Source: Antedon mediterranea
Lineage: Eukaryota > Animalia > Echinodermata
Assembly: GCF_964355755.1 (NCBI RefSeq)
Contig: NC_092677.1
Coordinates: 20,234,101-20,298,100 of the forward strand
Length of the DNA: 64,000 nucleotides
Reading direction: 5' to 3'
Shown: positions 1 through 16,126 of the stretch, in pieces
Numbering within the stretch: the stretch's first letter is position 1
Layout of the letters: each line of letters begins with the position of its first letter
The notes under the pieces: model-generated
The model's input: only the letters and a program-made list of their open reading frames with translations
Told to the model about the DNA's origin: nothing
The model's database searches: none
Made by a program: the position numbers and the translations under genes

Positions 1-1456
<1,456 letters not shown>

Positions 1457-2874
1457 TCTTCACACAAAAACATCAATGTGCACAAAAGAGCTTAATATGG
1501 TATTTAATAGCTTAATATCGTATTTAAAAACGTTTTTAGACCATTTTGAGCATTTCGACAAACTTTTTCACAAAAAACATCAAAGTGTACAGAATAGCTT
1601 TAAATCGCATTTGGAGACGTTTTAGACCATTTTGTGGTTTTCGAAAAAACTTGTTAATACCAAAGAGTTAAGAATAGCTTCAAATCGCATTTGGAGACGT
1701 TTTAGACCCTTTTGTCCATTTCGATGAAACTTGGTTACATAAAAACATCAAAGTGCTTAAAATCACATTATAAACCCGTTTATACGATTTTTGAGCATTT
1801 CGTTAAAACTTTTCACACAAAAACATCAAAGTGCACAAAATAGCTTAATATCGTATTTAAAAACGTTTCATACCATTTTGAGCATTTCGACAAAAAATTT
1901 TCAGACAAAACATCATAGTGTACAAAATAGCTTCAAATCGCATTTGGAGACGTTTTAGAAAATTTTGTGATTTTCGAAAAAACTTGTTAACATAAAAACA
2001 CCAAAGTGCTAAGAATAGCTTCCAATCGCATTTGGAGACGTTTTAGACCATTTTGTGCATTTCGATGAAACTTGGTTACATAAAAACATCAAAGTGCTTA
2101 AAATCACATTATAAACCCTTTTATACGATTTTTGAGCATTTCGTTAAAACTTTTCACACAAAAACATCAAAGTGCACAAAATAGCTTAATATCGTATTTA
2201 ACAACTTTTCAGACCATTTTGAGCATTTCGACGAAAAAATTTCAGACAAAACATCATAGTGTACAAAATAGCTTCAAATCGCATTTGGAGACGTTTTAGA
2301 CAATTTTCTGATTTTCGAAAAAACTTGTTAACATAAAAATACCAAAGTGCTAAGAATAGCTTCCAATCGCATTTGGAGACGTTTTAGACCATTTTGTGAT
2401 TTTCGATGAAACTTTGTTACACAAAAACATCAAAGTGCTTAAAATCAAAATAGAAACTGTTTTAGACCATTTTGAGCATTTCGATAAAATTTTACACACA
2501 AAAACATCAAAGTGCACAAAATAGCTTAATATGGTATTTAAAAACGTTTTAGACCATTTTGAGCATTTCGAAAAAACTTTTTTACACAAACTTTAAATTG
2601 TACACAATAGCTTCAAATCGCATTAGAAACCGTTTTAGACCATTTTGAGAATTTCGATAAAACTTTTCACACAAAAACATCAATGTGCACAAAAGAGCTT
2701 AATATGGTATTGAAAAACGTTTTAGACCATTTTGAGCATTTCGACAAAACTTTTTCACACAAAACATCAAAGTGTACAGAATAGCTTCAAATCGCATTTG
2801 GAGACGTTTTAGACCATTTTGTGATTTTCGAAAAAACTTGTTAACATAAAAACACCAAAGTGCTAAGAATAGCT
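1457..2874 (+). repeat. ~87-bp satellite, short array
   Basis: Monomers such as AAAACATCAAAGTGTACAGAATAGCTTCAAATCGCATTTGGAGACGTTTTAGACCATTTTG...TTTCGAAAAAAC; same family and orientation as 33285-61689. Confidence 0.95.
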
Positions 2875-2877
2875 ACA

Positions 2878-5569
2878 GTGTTAACATCATCTTATAGAGC
2901 CATAGTCAAAAATAAAAAGGTATGTATGTGCATAAATGGCAATATTACAGCATAATTTTTTAATTTTAAAAAGTGGAAATTTTGGCAATTTTTCGAAAAA
3001 ATTCCTATGGTTCCAAACAGGAAAAATTTTCGCAAAAATGGCCAAATTTCAACCCTTTTATTTTTTGACATAACTAGTTACTATGGCTCTATATGATGAT
3101 GTTAACACAATATATGTGCATAAATGGCAATATTATAGTCTATTTATTGAATTTTAAAAGGTGGAAAATTTGGTCATTTTTCGAAAAAATTCCTTTGGTC
3201 CCCAACAGGAAAATTTTTCGAAAAATGGCCAAAATTTCGACCCTTTTATTTTTTTGACATAACTAGTTACTATGGCTCTATAAGATGATGTTAACACAAT
3301 ATATTTGCATAAATGGCAATATTATAGCATAATTATAGAATTTTAAAAATTAGAAATTTTGGCCCTTTTTCAAAAAAACTCCTATGGTCCTCCAGAGGGT
3401 AATTTTCGAAAATTGACAAAATTTTGACCCTTTTATTTTTTGACAAAACTAGTTACGATGGCTCTATAAGATTATGTTAACACAATATATGTCCATAAAT
3501 GGCAAAATTATAGCATAATTATAGAATTTTAAAAAGTGGAGATTTTGGCAATTTTTCGAAAACATACCTATGGTCCCCAGCAGGGAAATTTTCGAAAAAT
3601 GGCCAAATTTTGATCCTTTTATTTTTTGACATAACTAGTTACTATGGCTCTATAAGATGATGTTAGCACAATATATTTGCATAAATGGCAATATTATAGC
3701 ATAATTTTTGAATTTTAAAAATCGGAAATTTTTGCCATTTTTCGAAAACAATTCCTGTGGTCCCCAGCAGGGAAATTTTCCAAAAATGGCCAAATAATGA
3801 TCCTTTTATTTTTCACATAACTAGTTACTATGGCTCTATAAGATGATGTTAGCAGAATATATTTACATAAATGGCAATATTATAGCATAATTTTTTAATT
3901 TTAAACAATGGAAATTTTGACCATTTAAAAAAAAAAATCCTATGGTCCCCCGCAGGGAAATTTTTCGAAAAATTGCCAAATTTCGACCCTTTTATTTCTT
4001 GATATAACTAGTTACTATGGCTCTTATAAGATGATGGTAACACAATATATGCGCATAAATGGCAATATTATAGCCTAATTATAGAATTTTAAAAATTGGA
4101 AATTTTTGCCATTTTTCGAAAAAAAATTCTATGTTCCCCCGCAGAGAAATTTTCGCAAAAATGGCCAAACTTCAAACCTTTTATTAGTCGCGTGGACGCG
4201 ACTCTACAGTTCACTATGTCGGTCGGTCTGTCGGTCTGTCTGTCGGTCCAATATCACTTTGGGTTTTATCGCTTTTCTGTAATTTTTTAACTGTTTTGAT
4301 GTACAGAAAAGTTTTAAAGTACATTACTTTTTGAATGTTCATTTATTTCTGAGAGCACGCAACTTATTGTTGTTGGCCTTGTTTTTTGACATAAAGAGTT
4401 ACTATGGCTCTATAAGATGATGTTAACACAATATATGTGCATAAATGGCAATATTATAGCCTAATTATAGAATTTAAAAAGGTGGAAATTTTGGTCGTTT
4501 TCGAAAAAAATCGTATGGTCCCCCGCAGGGAAATTGTCGCAAAAATGGCGAAATTTCAAAACTTTTATTTTTTGACATCACTAGTTACTATGGCTCTATA
4601 AGTAGATATTTACACAACATATGTGTATAAATGGCAATAATATAGTCTAATTATTGAATTTTAAAAGGTGGAACTTCTGGTCATTTTGCGAAAAAATTCC
4701 TGTGGTCCCCCGTAGAAAAATTTTCGAAAAATAGCAAAATTTCGACCCGTTTATTTTTTGACATAACTAGTTACTCTGGCTGTATAAGATGATGTTAGCA
4801 CAATATATTTGCATAAATGGCAATATTATAGCATAATTTTTGAATTTTAAACAATGGAAATTTTTACCATTTTTCAAAAAAAAATCCTTTGGTCCCCCCA
4901 AATATCTGTATAAATGGCAATATTATAGCATAATTATTTAATTTTAAAAAGTGGAAAATGCTTCCACTTTTCGACCCTTTTATATGTTGACATAAGTAGT
5001 TGCTCTGGCTCTATAAGATGATGTTAGCACAATATATGTGCATAAATGGCAATACTATAGCCTAATTCTAGAATTTAAAAAATTTGAAATTTTGGCCCTA
5101 TTTCGAAAAAAAATCCTATGGTCCCCCAGAGGGAAATTTTAAAAAATTGGCAAAATTTTGATCCTTTTACTTTTTGACATAACTAGTTACGATGGCTCTA
5201 TAAGATGATGTTAACACAATATATGTCCATAAATGGCAATATTATAGCATAATTATTTAATTTAAAATATTGGAAAATTTTTGCCATTTTCGACCCTTTT
5301 ATATTTTGACATAAGTAGTTGCTATGGCTCTATAAGATGATGTTAGCACAATATATGTGCATAAATGGCAATAATACAGCATAATTTTTGAATTTTAAAA
5401 AGGGGAAATTTTTGTCATTTTTCGAAAAAATTCCTATGGTCCCCTCCCCCCCAAAGGAAATCTTCGCAAAAATGGCCAAATTTTAACCATTTTATTTTTT
5501 GACATAACTATTTACTGTGGCTCTATAAGATGATGTTAACATAATATATTTGCATAAATGCCAATATTA
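2878..5569 (+). repeat. ~186-bp AT-rich satellite
   Basis: Marker CTATGGCTCT at 3081, 3270, ~3456, 3642, 3828, 4015 (period 186-189). Contains the palindrome TAACTAGTTA. The first ~45 bp (2878-2920) are an inverted monomer fragment. Confidence 0.95.
4185..4383 (+). mobile_element. Non-autonomous Helentron-type element (HINE/DINE-1-like), family 2
   Basis: 5' hairpin AGTCGCGTGGACGCGACT, (GTCG/GTCT)n microsatellite, 3' subterminal inverted repeat (IR) CACGCAACT, end GGCCTTGTT. Sits in the T-run of a 186-bp monomer with no target-site duplication (TSD). Second copy at 31869-32056. Confidence 0.8.
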
Positions 5570-8500
5570 CTCTCTCTCGCTGATCTATCTCTCTCTCGCT
5601 GATCTATATCTCTCTCTCTCTCTCGCTGATCTATCTCTCTCTCGCTGATCTATCTCTCTCTCGGTGATCTATCTCTCTCTCGCTGATCTATCTCCCTCTC
5701 GCTGATCTATCTCTCTCTCGCTCATCTATCTCTCTATCGCTGATCTATCTCTCTCTCGCTGATCTATCTCTCTCTCGCTGATCTATCTCTCTCTCGCTGA
5801 TCTATCTCTCTCTCTCTCTCGCTGATCTATCTCTCTTTCGCTGATCTATCTCTCTCTCGCTGATCTATATCTCTCTCGCTGATCTATCTCTCTCGCTGAT
5901 CTATCTCTCTCGCTGATCTATCTCTCTCTCGCTGATCTATCTATCTCTCTCTCGCTGATTTATCTATCTCTCTCTCGCTGATATATCTCTCTCTCGCTGA
6001 TCTATCTCTCTCTCGCTGATCTATCTCTCTCTCGCTGAACTATCTCTCTCTCGCTGATCTATCTCTCTCTCGCTGATCTATCTCTCTCTCTCGCTGATCT
6101 ATCTCTCTCTCTCACTTATCTATCTCTCTCTCTCTCTTGCCGATCTATCTATCTCTTTCTCGCTGATCTATCTATCTCTCTCTCGCTGATCTATCTATCT
6201 CTCTCTCGCTGATCTATCTATCTCTCTCTCGCTGATCTATCTATCTCTCTCTCTCGCTCATCTATCTATCTCTCTCTCGCTTATCTATCTCTCTCGCTGA
6301 TCTATCTATCTCTCTCTCGCTGATCTATCTATCTCTCTCTCTCGCTGATCTATCTCTCTCTCGCTGATCTATCTCTCTCTCGTTGATCTATCTCTGTCTC
6401 GCTGATCTATCTCTCTCTCTCGCTGATCTATCTCTCTCTCGCTGATCTATCTCTCTCGCTGATCTATCTATCTCGCTGATCTATCTCTCTCTCGCTGATC
6501 TATCTCTCTCTCTCGCTGATCTATCTCTCTCTCTCTCTCGCTGATCTATCTCCCTCTCGCTGATCTATCTCTCTCTCGCTGATCTATCTCTCTCTCGGTG
6601 ATCTATCTCTCTCTCGCTGATCTATCTCTCTCTCTCGCTGATCTATCTCTCTCTCTCGCTGATCTATTTCTCTCTCTCTCTGATCTATCTCCCTTTCGCT
6701 GATCTATCTCTCTCTCGCTAATCTATCTCTCTCTCGCTGATCTATCTCTCTCTTGCTGATCTATCTCTCTCTTTCTCGCTTATCTATCTCTCTCTCTCGC
6801 TGATCTATCTCTCTCTCGCTGATCTATCTCTCTCTCGCTGATCTATATCTCTCTCGCTGAACTATCTCTCTCGCTGATCTATCTCTCTCTCGCTGATCTA
6901 TCTCTCTCTCGCTGATCTATCTCTCTCTCTCTCTCGCTTATCTGTCTCTCTCTCTCTCTCTCTCGCCGATCTATCTATCTCTCTGTCGCTGATCTATCTA
7001 TCTCTCTCTCGCTGATCTATCTATCTCTCTCTCGCTGATCTATCTATCTCTCTCTCGCTCATCTATCTCTCTCTCGCTCATCTATCTCTCTCTCGCTCAT
7101 CTATCTATCTCTCTCTCGCTAATCTATCTCTCTCTCGCTGATCTATCTATCTCTCTCTCGCTGATCTATCTCTCTCTCGCTGATCTATCTCTCTCTCGTT
7201 GATCTATCTCTCTCTCGCTGATCTATCTCTCTCTCTCGCTGATCTATCTCTCTCTCGCTGATCTATCTCTCTCGCTGATCTATCTCTCTCTCGCTGATCT
7301 ATCTCTCTCTCGCTGATCTATATCTCTCTCTCTCGCTGATCTATCTCTCTCTCGCTGATCTATCTCTCTCTCGCTGATCTCTCTCTCTCTCGCTGATCTA
7401 TCTCTCTCTCTCACTGATCTATCTCTCTCTCTCGCTGATCTATCTCTCTCTCTCGCTGATCTATCTCTCTCTCGCTGATCTATCTATCTCTCTCTCGCTG
7501 ATCTATCTCTCTCTCTCGCTGATCATTCTAGCTCTCTCTCTCTCTCGCTGATCTATCTATCTCTCTCTCGCTGATCTATCTCTCTCTCTCGCTGATCATT
7601 CTAGCTCTCTCTCTCTCTCGCTGATCTATCTATCTCTCTCTCGCTGATCTATCTATCTCTCTCTCTCGCTGATCTATCTATCTCTCTCTCCCTGATCTCT
7701 CTATCTCTCATTCATTGATCTATCTCTCTCTCTCTCGCTAATCTATATATCTCTCTCTCGCTGATCTATCTCTCTCTCGCTGATTTATCTATCTCTCTCT
7801 CGCTGATCTATCTCTATCTCTCTCTCGCTGAACTATCTATCTCTCTCTCGCTGATCTATCTCTCTCTCTCTCTCTCGCTGATCTATCTCTCTCTCTCGCT
7901 GATCTATCTCTCCCTCGCTGATCTATCTCTCTCTTGCTGATCTATCTCTCTCTCGCTGATCTATCTCTCTCTCTCTCTCTCTCGCTGATCTATCTCTCTC
8001 TCGCTGATCTATCTCTCTCTCGCTGATCTATCTCTCTCTCGGTGATCTATCTCTCTCTCGCTGATCTATCTCTCTCTCTCGCTGATCTATCTCTCTCTCT
8101 CGCTGATCTATCTCTCTCTCTCGCTGATCTATTTCTCTCTCTCTCTGATCTATCTCCCCTTCGCTGATCTATCTCTCTCTCGCTAATCTATCTCTCTCTC
8201 GCTGATCTATCTCTCTCTAGCTGATCTATCTCTCTCTCTCTCGCTTATCTATCTCTCTCTCTCGCTGATCTATCTCTCTCTCGCTGATCTATCTCTCTCT
8301 CGCTGATCTATATCTCTCTCGCTGAACTATCTCTCTCGCTGATCTATCTCTCTCTCGCTGATCTATCTCTCTCTCTCTCTCTCTTATCTGTCTCTCTCTC
8401 TCTCTCTCTCTCACCGATCTATCTATCTCTCTGTCGCTGATCTATCTATCTCTCTCTCGCTGATCTATCTATCTCTCTCTCGCTGATCTATCTATCTCTC

Positions 8501-11500
8501 TCTCGCTGATCTATCTATCTCTCTCTCGCTCATCTATCTCTCTCTCGCTCATCTATCTATCTCTCTCTCGCTAATCTATCTCTCTCTCGCTGATCTATCT
8601 ATCTCTCTCTCGCTGATCTATCTCTCTCTCGCTGATCTATCTCTCTCTCGTTGATCTATCTCTCTCTCGCTGATCTATCTCTCTCTCTCGCTGATCTATC
8701 TCTCTCTCGCTGATCTATCTCTCTCGCTGATCTATCTCTCTCTCGCTGATCTATCTCTCTCTCTCGCTGATCTATATCTCTCTCTCTCGCTGATCTATCT
8801 CTCTCTCGCTGATCTATCTCTCTCTCGCTGATCTATCTCTCTCTCGCTGATCTCTCTCTCTCTCGCTGATCTATCTCTCTCTCTCACTGATCTATCTCTC
8901 TCTCGCTGATCTATCTCTCTCTCTCTCGATTATCTGTCTCTCTCTATCTCTCTCTCTCGCCGATCTATCTATCTCTCTGTCGCTGATCTATCTATCTCTC
9001 TATCTCGCTGATCTATCTATCTCTCTCTCGCTGATCTATCTATCTCTCTCTCGCTGATCTATCTATCTCTCTCTCGCTCATCTATCTCTCTCTCTCGCTC
9101 ATCTATCTATCTCTCTCTCGCTAATCTATCTCTCTCTCGCTGATCTATCTATCTCTCTCTCGCTGATCTATCTCTCTCTCGCTGATCTATCTCTCTCTCG
9201 TTGATCTATCTCTCTCTCGCTGATCTATCTCTCTCTCTCGCTGATCTATCTCTCTCTCGCTGATCTATCTCTCTCGCTGATCTATCTCTCTCTCGCTGAT
9301 CTATCTCTCTCTCTCGCTGATCTATATCTCTCTCTCTCGCTGATCTATCTCTCTCTCGCTGATCTATCTCTCTCTCGCTGATCTATCTCTCTCTCGCTGA
9401 TCTCTCTCTCTCTCGCTGATCTATCTCTCTCTCTCACTGATCTATCTCTCTCTCTCGCTGATCTATCTCTCTCTCTCGCTGATCTATCTCTCTCTCGCTG
9501 ATCTATCTATCTCTCTCTCGCTGATCTATCTCTCTCTCTCGCTGATCTATCTAGCTCTCTCTCTCTCTCGCTGATCTATCTATCTCTCTCTCGCTGATCT
9601 ATCTATCTCTCTCTCTCGCTGATCTATCTATCTCTCTCTCCCTGATCTCTCTATCTCTCATTCATTGATCTATCTCTCTCTCTCGCTAATCTATATATCT
9701 CTCTCTCGCTGATCTATCTCTCTCTCGCTGATCTATCTATCTCTCTCTCGCTGATCTATCTCTATCTCTCTCTCGCTGATCTATCTATCTCTCTCTCGCT
9801 GATCTATCTCTCTCTCTCTCTCGCTTATCTATCTCTCTCTCTCTCGCCGATCTATCTATCTCGCTGTCGCTGATCTATCTATCTCTCTCTCGCTGATCTA
9901 TCTATCTCTCTCTCTCGCTGATCTATCTATCTCTCTCTCTCTCGCTGATCTATCTATCTCTCTCTCGCTGATCTATCTCTCTCTCGCTGATCTATCTCTC
10001 TCGCTGATCTATCTCTCTCTCGCTGATCTATCTCTCTCTCGCTGATCTATCTCTCTCGCTGATCTATCTCTCTCTCGCTGATCTATCTATCTCTCTCTCG
10101 CTGATCTATCTATCTTTCTCTCGCTGATCTATCTCTCTCTCGCTGAACTATCTCTCTCTCTCGCTGATCTATCTCTCTCTCTCGCTGATCTATCTCTCTC
10201 TCGGTGATCTATCTCTCTCTCGCTGATCTATCTATCTCTCTCTCGCTGATCTATCTCTCTCTCGCTGATCTATCTCTCTCTCGTTGATCTATCTCTCTCT
10301 CGCTGATCTATCTCTCTCTCTCGCTGATCTATCTCTCTCTCGCTGATCTATCTCTCTCGCTGATCTATCTCTCTCTCGCTGATCTATCTCTCTCTCTCGC
10401 TGATCTATATCTCTCTCGCTGATCTCTCTCTCTCTCGCTGATCTATCTCTCTCTCTCACTGATCTATCTCTCTCTCGCTGATCTATCTCTCTCTCTCTCG
10501 CTTATCTGTCTCTCTCTCTCTCTCTCTCGCCGATCTATCTATCTCTCTGTCGCTGATCTATCTATCTCTCTATCTCGCTGATCTATCTATCTCTCTCTCG
10601 CTGATCTATCTATCTCTCTCTCGCTGATCTATCTATCTCTCTCTCGCTCATCTATCTCTCTCTCGCTCATCTATCTATCTCTCTCTCGCTAATCTATCTC
10701 TCTCTCGCTGATCTATCTATCTCTCTCTCGCTGATCTATCTCTCTCTCGCTGATCTATCTCTCTCTCGTTGATCTATCTCTCTCTCGCTGATCTATCTCT
10801 CTCTCTCGCTGATCTATCTCTCTCTCGCTGATCTATCTCTCTCGCTGATCTATCTCTCTCTCGCTGATCTATCTCTCTCTCTCGCTGATCTATATCTCTC
10901 TCTCTCGCTGATCTATCTCTCTCTCGCTGATCTATTTCTCTCTCGCTGATCTATCTCTCTCTCGCTGATCTCTCTCTCTCTCGCTGATCTATCTCTCTCT
11001 CTCACTGATCTATCTCTCTCTCTCGCTGATCTATCTCTCTCTCTCGCTGATCTATCTCTCTCTCGCTGATCTATCTATCTCTCTCTCGCTGATCTATCTC
11101 TCTCTCTCGCTGATCTATCTAGCTCTCTCTCTCTCTCGCTGATCTATCTATCTCTCTCTCGCTGATCTATCTATCTCTCTCTCTCGCTGATCTATCTATC
11201 TCTCTCTCCCTGATCTCTCTATCTCTCATTCATTGATCTATCTCTCTCTCTCGCTAATCTATATATCTCTCTCTCGCTGATCTATCTCTCTCTCGCTGAT
11301 CTATCTATCTCTCTCTCGCTGATCTATCTCTATCTCTCTCTCGCTGATCTATCTATCTCTCTCTCGCTGATCTATCTCTCTCTCTCTCTCGCTTATCTAT
11401 CTCTCTCTCTCTCGCCGATCTATCTATCTCGCTGTCGCTGATCTATCTATCTCTCTCTCGCTGATCTATCTATCTCTCTCTCGCTGATCTATCTATCTCT

Positions 11501-12445
11501 CTCTCTCTCGCTGATCTATCTATCTCTCTCTCGCTGATCTATCTATCTCTCTCTCGCTGATCTATCTCTCTCTCGCTGATCTATCTCTCTCGCTGATCTA
11601 TCTCTCTCTGGCTGATCTATCTCTCTGTCGCTGATTTATCTCTCTCGCTGATCTATCTCTCTCTCGCTGATCTATCTATCTCTCTCTCGCTGATCTATCT
11701 ATCTTTCTCTCGCTGATCTATCTCTCTCTCGCTGAACTATCTCTCTCTCTCGCTGATCTATCTCTCTCTCTCGCTGATCTATCTCTCTCTCTCTCGCTTA
11801 TCTATCTCTCTCTCTCTCGCCGATCTATCTATCTCGCTGTCGCTGATCTATCTATCTCTCTCTCGCTGATCTATCTATCTCTCTCTCGCTGATCTATCTA
11901 TATCTCTCTCTCTCGCTGATCTATCTATCTCTCTCTCGCTGATCTATCTATCTCTCTCTCGCTAATCTATCTCTCTCTCGCTGATCTATCTATCTCTTTC
12001 TCGCTGATCTATCTCTCTCTCGCTGAACTATCTCTCTCTCGTTGATCTATCTCTCTCTCGCTGATCTATATCTCTCTCTCGCTGATCTATCTCTCTCTCG
12101 CTGATCTATCTCTCTCTCGCTGATCTATCTCTCTCGCTGATCTATCTCTCTCTCGCTGATCTATCTCTCTCTCTCGCTGATCTATCTCTCTCTCTCTCTC
12201 TCTCTCGCTGATCTATCTCTCTCTCGCTGATCTATCTCTCTCTCGCTGATCTATCTCTCTCTCGGTGATCTATCTCTCTCTCGCTGATCTATCTCTTTCT
12301 CGCTGATCTATCTCTCTCTTGCTGATCTATCTCTCTCTCTCGCTGATCTATATCTCTCTCTCTCTCTCGCTGATCTATCTCTCTCTCGCTGATCTATATC
12401 TCTCTCGCTGATCTATCTCTCTCGCTGATCTATCTCTCTCTCGCT

Positions 12446-12490
<45 letters not shown>

Positions 12491-14007
12491 TCTATCTCTC
12501 TCTCTCGCTGATCTATCTCTCTCTCGCTGATCTATCTCTCTCTCGCTGATCTATCTCTCTCGCTGATCTATCTCTCTCTCGCTGATCTATCTATCTCTCT
12601 CTCGCTGATCTATCCATCTCTCTCTCGCTGATCTATCTCTCTCTCGCTGAACTATATCTCTCTCTCGCTGATCTATCTCTCTCTCTCGCTGATCTATCTC
12701 TCTAACTCTCTCTCTCACGCCGATCTATCTATCTCGCTGTCGCTGATCTATCTATCTCTCTCTCGCTGATCTATCTATCTCTCTCTCGCTGATCTATCTA
12801 TCTCTCTCTCGCTGATCTATCTATCTCTCTCTCGCTGATCTATCTCTCTCTCGGTGATCTATCTCTCTCGCTGATCTATCTCTCTCTTGCTGATCTATCT
12901 CTATCTCGCTGATCTATCTCTCTTTGCTGATCTATCTATCTCTCTCTCGCTGATCTATCTATCTCTCTCTCTCGCTGATCTATCTATCTCTCTCTCGCTG
13001 ATCTATCTCTCTCTCGCTGAACTATCTCTCTTTCTCGCTGATCTATCTCTCTCTCTCGCTGATCTATCTCTCTCTCTCTCGCTTATCTATCTCTCTCTCT
13101 CTCGCCGATCTATCTATCTCGCTGTCGCTGATCTATCTATCTCTCTCTCGCTGATCTATCTATCTCTCTCTCGCTGATCTATCTATATCTCTCTCGCTGA
13201 TATATATCTCTCTCGCTGATCTATCTATCTCTCTTTCGCTGATCTATCTCTCTCTCGCTGATCTATCTCCCTCTCTCGCTGATCTATCTCTCTCTCGCTG
13301 ATCTATATCTCTCTCTCTCGCTGATCTATCTCTCTCTCGCTGATCTATCTCTCTCGGTGATCTATCTCTCTTTCGCTGATCTATCTCCCTCTCGCTGATC
13401 TATCTCTCTCTCGCTGATCTATCTCTCTCGCTGATCTATCTCTCTCTCGCTGATCTATCTCTCTCTCTCGCTGATCTATCTCTCTCTCTCTCGCTGATCT
13501 ATCTCTCTCTCGCTGATCTATCTCTCTCTCTCGCTGATCTATATCTCTCTCGCTGATCTATCTCTCTCTCGCTGATCTATCTCTCTCTCTCTCGCTGATC
13601 TATCTCTCTCTCGCTGATCTATCTCTCTCTCGCTGATCTATCTATCTCTCTTTCGCTGATCTATCTCTCTCTCGCTGATCTATCTCCCTCTCTCGCTGAT
13701 CTATCTCTCTCTCGCTGATCTATCTCTCTCTCTCTCGCTGATCTATCTCTCTCTCGCTGATCTATCTCTCTCGGTGATCTATCTCTCTTTCGCTGATCTA
13801 TCTCCCTCTCGCTGATCTATCTCTCTCTCGCTGATCTATCTCTCTCTCGCTGATCTATCTCTCTCTCTCTCTCTCTCGCTGATCTATCTCTCTCTCGCTG
13901 ATCTATCTCTCTCTCGCTGATCTATCTCTCTCTCGCTGATCTATCTCTCTCTCGCTGATCTATCTCTCTTGCTTATCTATCTCTCTCTCGCTGATCTATC
14001 TCTCTCT
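5570..14007 (+). repeat. (CT)n-CGCTGATCTAT minisatellite, block 2
   Basis: Continuous tandem units; rare variants recur at ~1.57 kb spacing (CTAGCTCTCT at 9551 and 11119). Confidence 0.97.
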
Positions 14008-14034
14008 CACATTCATTTAGACTAGACAAAAAGT
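14008..14034 (+). other. Left end: heptamer CACATTC + 11-bp spacer + nonamer ACAAAAAGT
   Basis: CACATTC ATTTAGACTAG ACAAAAAGT read directly. Confidence 0.7.
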
Positions 14035-16126
14035 AGTGAGCCCTCTAGCTGTCATTTGTGATTTCTGAGATTCATCGAAGCGCGACAACATCACCCGGAA
14101 ATGATGTGAATTTAAAATTTTAATAGGGTTAAACTCTTTTAACCAATTGAAAGCCTTAAATTATAGTTCCTTATGAATAATTCATGAGAATAATTAAAGC
14201 AAGGGTTGAAGAAGCACGTGACTTGGTTTTTGGAACAAGATAGCAGTTATGATCGTGTCAGGTAATCATTGAATTTGCCCTTCTTTTTGTTAGATTTTAT
14301 ACGGTTTTTATCAATAATAATATTGTACATTTTTTCGAGACCATAAAAAAATTCCTCAATTTTTGAGTAAACGAGTGACTAAATAAAAAGTTACTATGTA
14401 ATGTAAATATTCGTTTGACAAAAAATGGGCATGTTGATATTTTCAGGTATTTTTTAAATGGCGATTGAAATAGGTAAACAAATCACATGTATAACGGTGG
14501 TTTGTGCGAAGCTGGGCCTAGCCTTGATGGTCCAACGCGTACTGCGTGTTAATCAATGCGTATAAGATACACACGTAGTCGTTTAGGCCAATTTTTTTAC
14601 ATGTTTATTTATTAATATTAGGCCCCATTCTCATTTATTTTAATTAATGTACTGGATGTACCACACTTTACAACTCTATATAAATTAGATTTTGTACTTG
14701 TATTAAATTCAAACGTTTTATGGGATTTAAAACATTAAGCTAGGCCTTGTAGTAGGCCTAGGACCACATGCTAGGTTTTTCAGCCTAATTTATCATGCAG
14801 TATACCTCTAGCCCATCTTTCAAATACATATTTAAATTAACATACTTTTTATATTTCTATATTTTTTATAGGATCCGACTCCAGAAAACATTTGCATCAC
14901 TTGAAAGCGGCTATTTATGGACAGCATGTTGACATTCAAAAAAATTTGACCAGCTCTTATTAATTAAATGTCTTTTAAATTAAAGGTTTTCATTATAATG
15001 AAATGTACGGTGACAGAAATTTAAATGATTCTCATAATTGAGGTTTCTCATAGATTTAATATTAAAGGTAAATAAATAAAGCTGTTTGTTATTCTTGCCT
15101 TTAGAAATAAACTTGTTGTTAGTACTATATTATTAGGCCTAGGCCATTATACAAATTAAAACTAAAAAATACAGTAATCATATTTAAGGCCTACACAGCA
15201 GTACCTTACTTGATTTGATTTTTTCAAATATTTAATTGATGAAATAAATGAGTTTGACTTTTCAATTAGTTGCCATTTTATTAGTTTCTGTGTGTTTTTA
15301 TTTATATTCTTAAAATAATTGTATTGTATACAACAACTTTAAAGTATTGCGCAGAAGTGATCAAATTATAGTAGGCCTATTTTTATGTTATTTTCGCTTA
15401 AAATTATGCAGTTAAAGTATTGATTTTAGGGTGACAGAAACGGTTAGGCAAGAAAAGAAATAAATTTGGGAATTTTATTATGCGGTAAAAACAATTAAAC
15501 ATAATTTACCCCTAATGCATGTAAATGTAGAAAACATTGCTTATGTTAGCGCGACCGAAACTCGCTACTGGGAATAGAGCCTGCAAAAGCGACGCGTACA
15601 CACCCACTCGGGAACCGGCGGAGCGCGATCGATAGTAAATATACCCGATTTCAAATGATCATAAAATTCTTTTAAAAAATATCAACATTTTGATTTTTTG
15701 AGGATTAAAAGTAAAGATATTGAAATTTAACATAATATTTACAAATATGTATTTAAAAATTCGGAAACAATTTTAGCGTGATATTAAAACAAACTTTTTA
15801 GAGTTCAGCGATTTTCTACGCAGGATTTGTTTGTTTTCATTGTTAATGGGCGAATGTTACCTAAACTAGAATCGTTATAAATCTTTTAAATTTGTATTAT
15901 AAGTAATTTCTTTAGTATTCTTAGTAACATCGAATGTCTCTAATTAACTAGCAGTTATTTATACTAACTATTGTTCAATAATAAGCGTGTATGAAGTGAA
16001 AATCTATAGTAATAATGTTCTTAGTCAGTTCGTCTCGCTCGCGTGAAGTCTTCGGGTTTCTCAATACAATTCTCAGCGGTAAAGATAGGCTCGCGCTAAT
16101 GTTTAAATCAAAAGCGCTCTCAAAAC

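Noticed and set aside
12887-13177. 96-aa Leu/Ser-rich ORF
   Set aside because: Translation of the minisatellite; non-ATG start.
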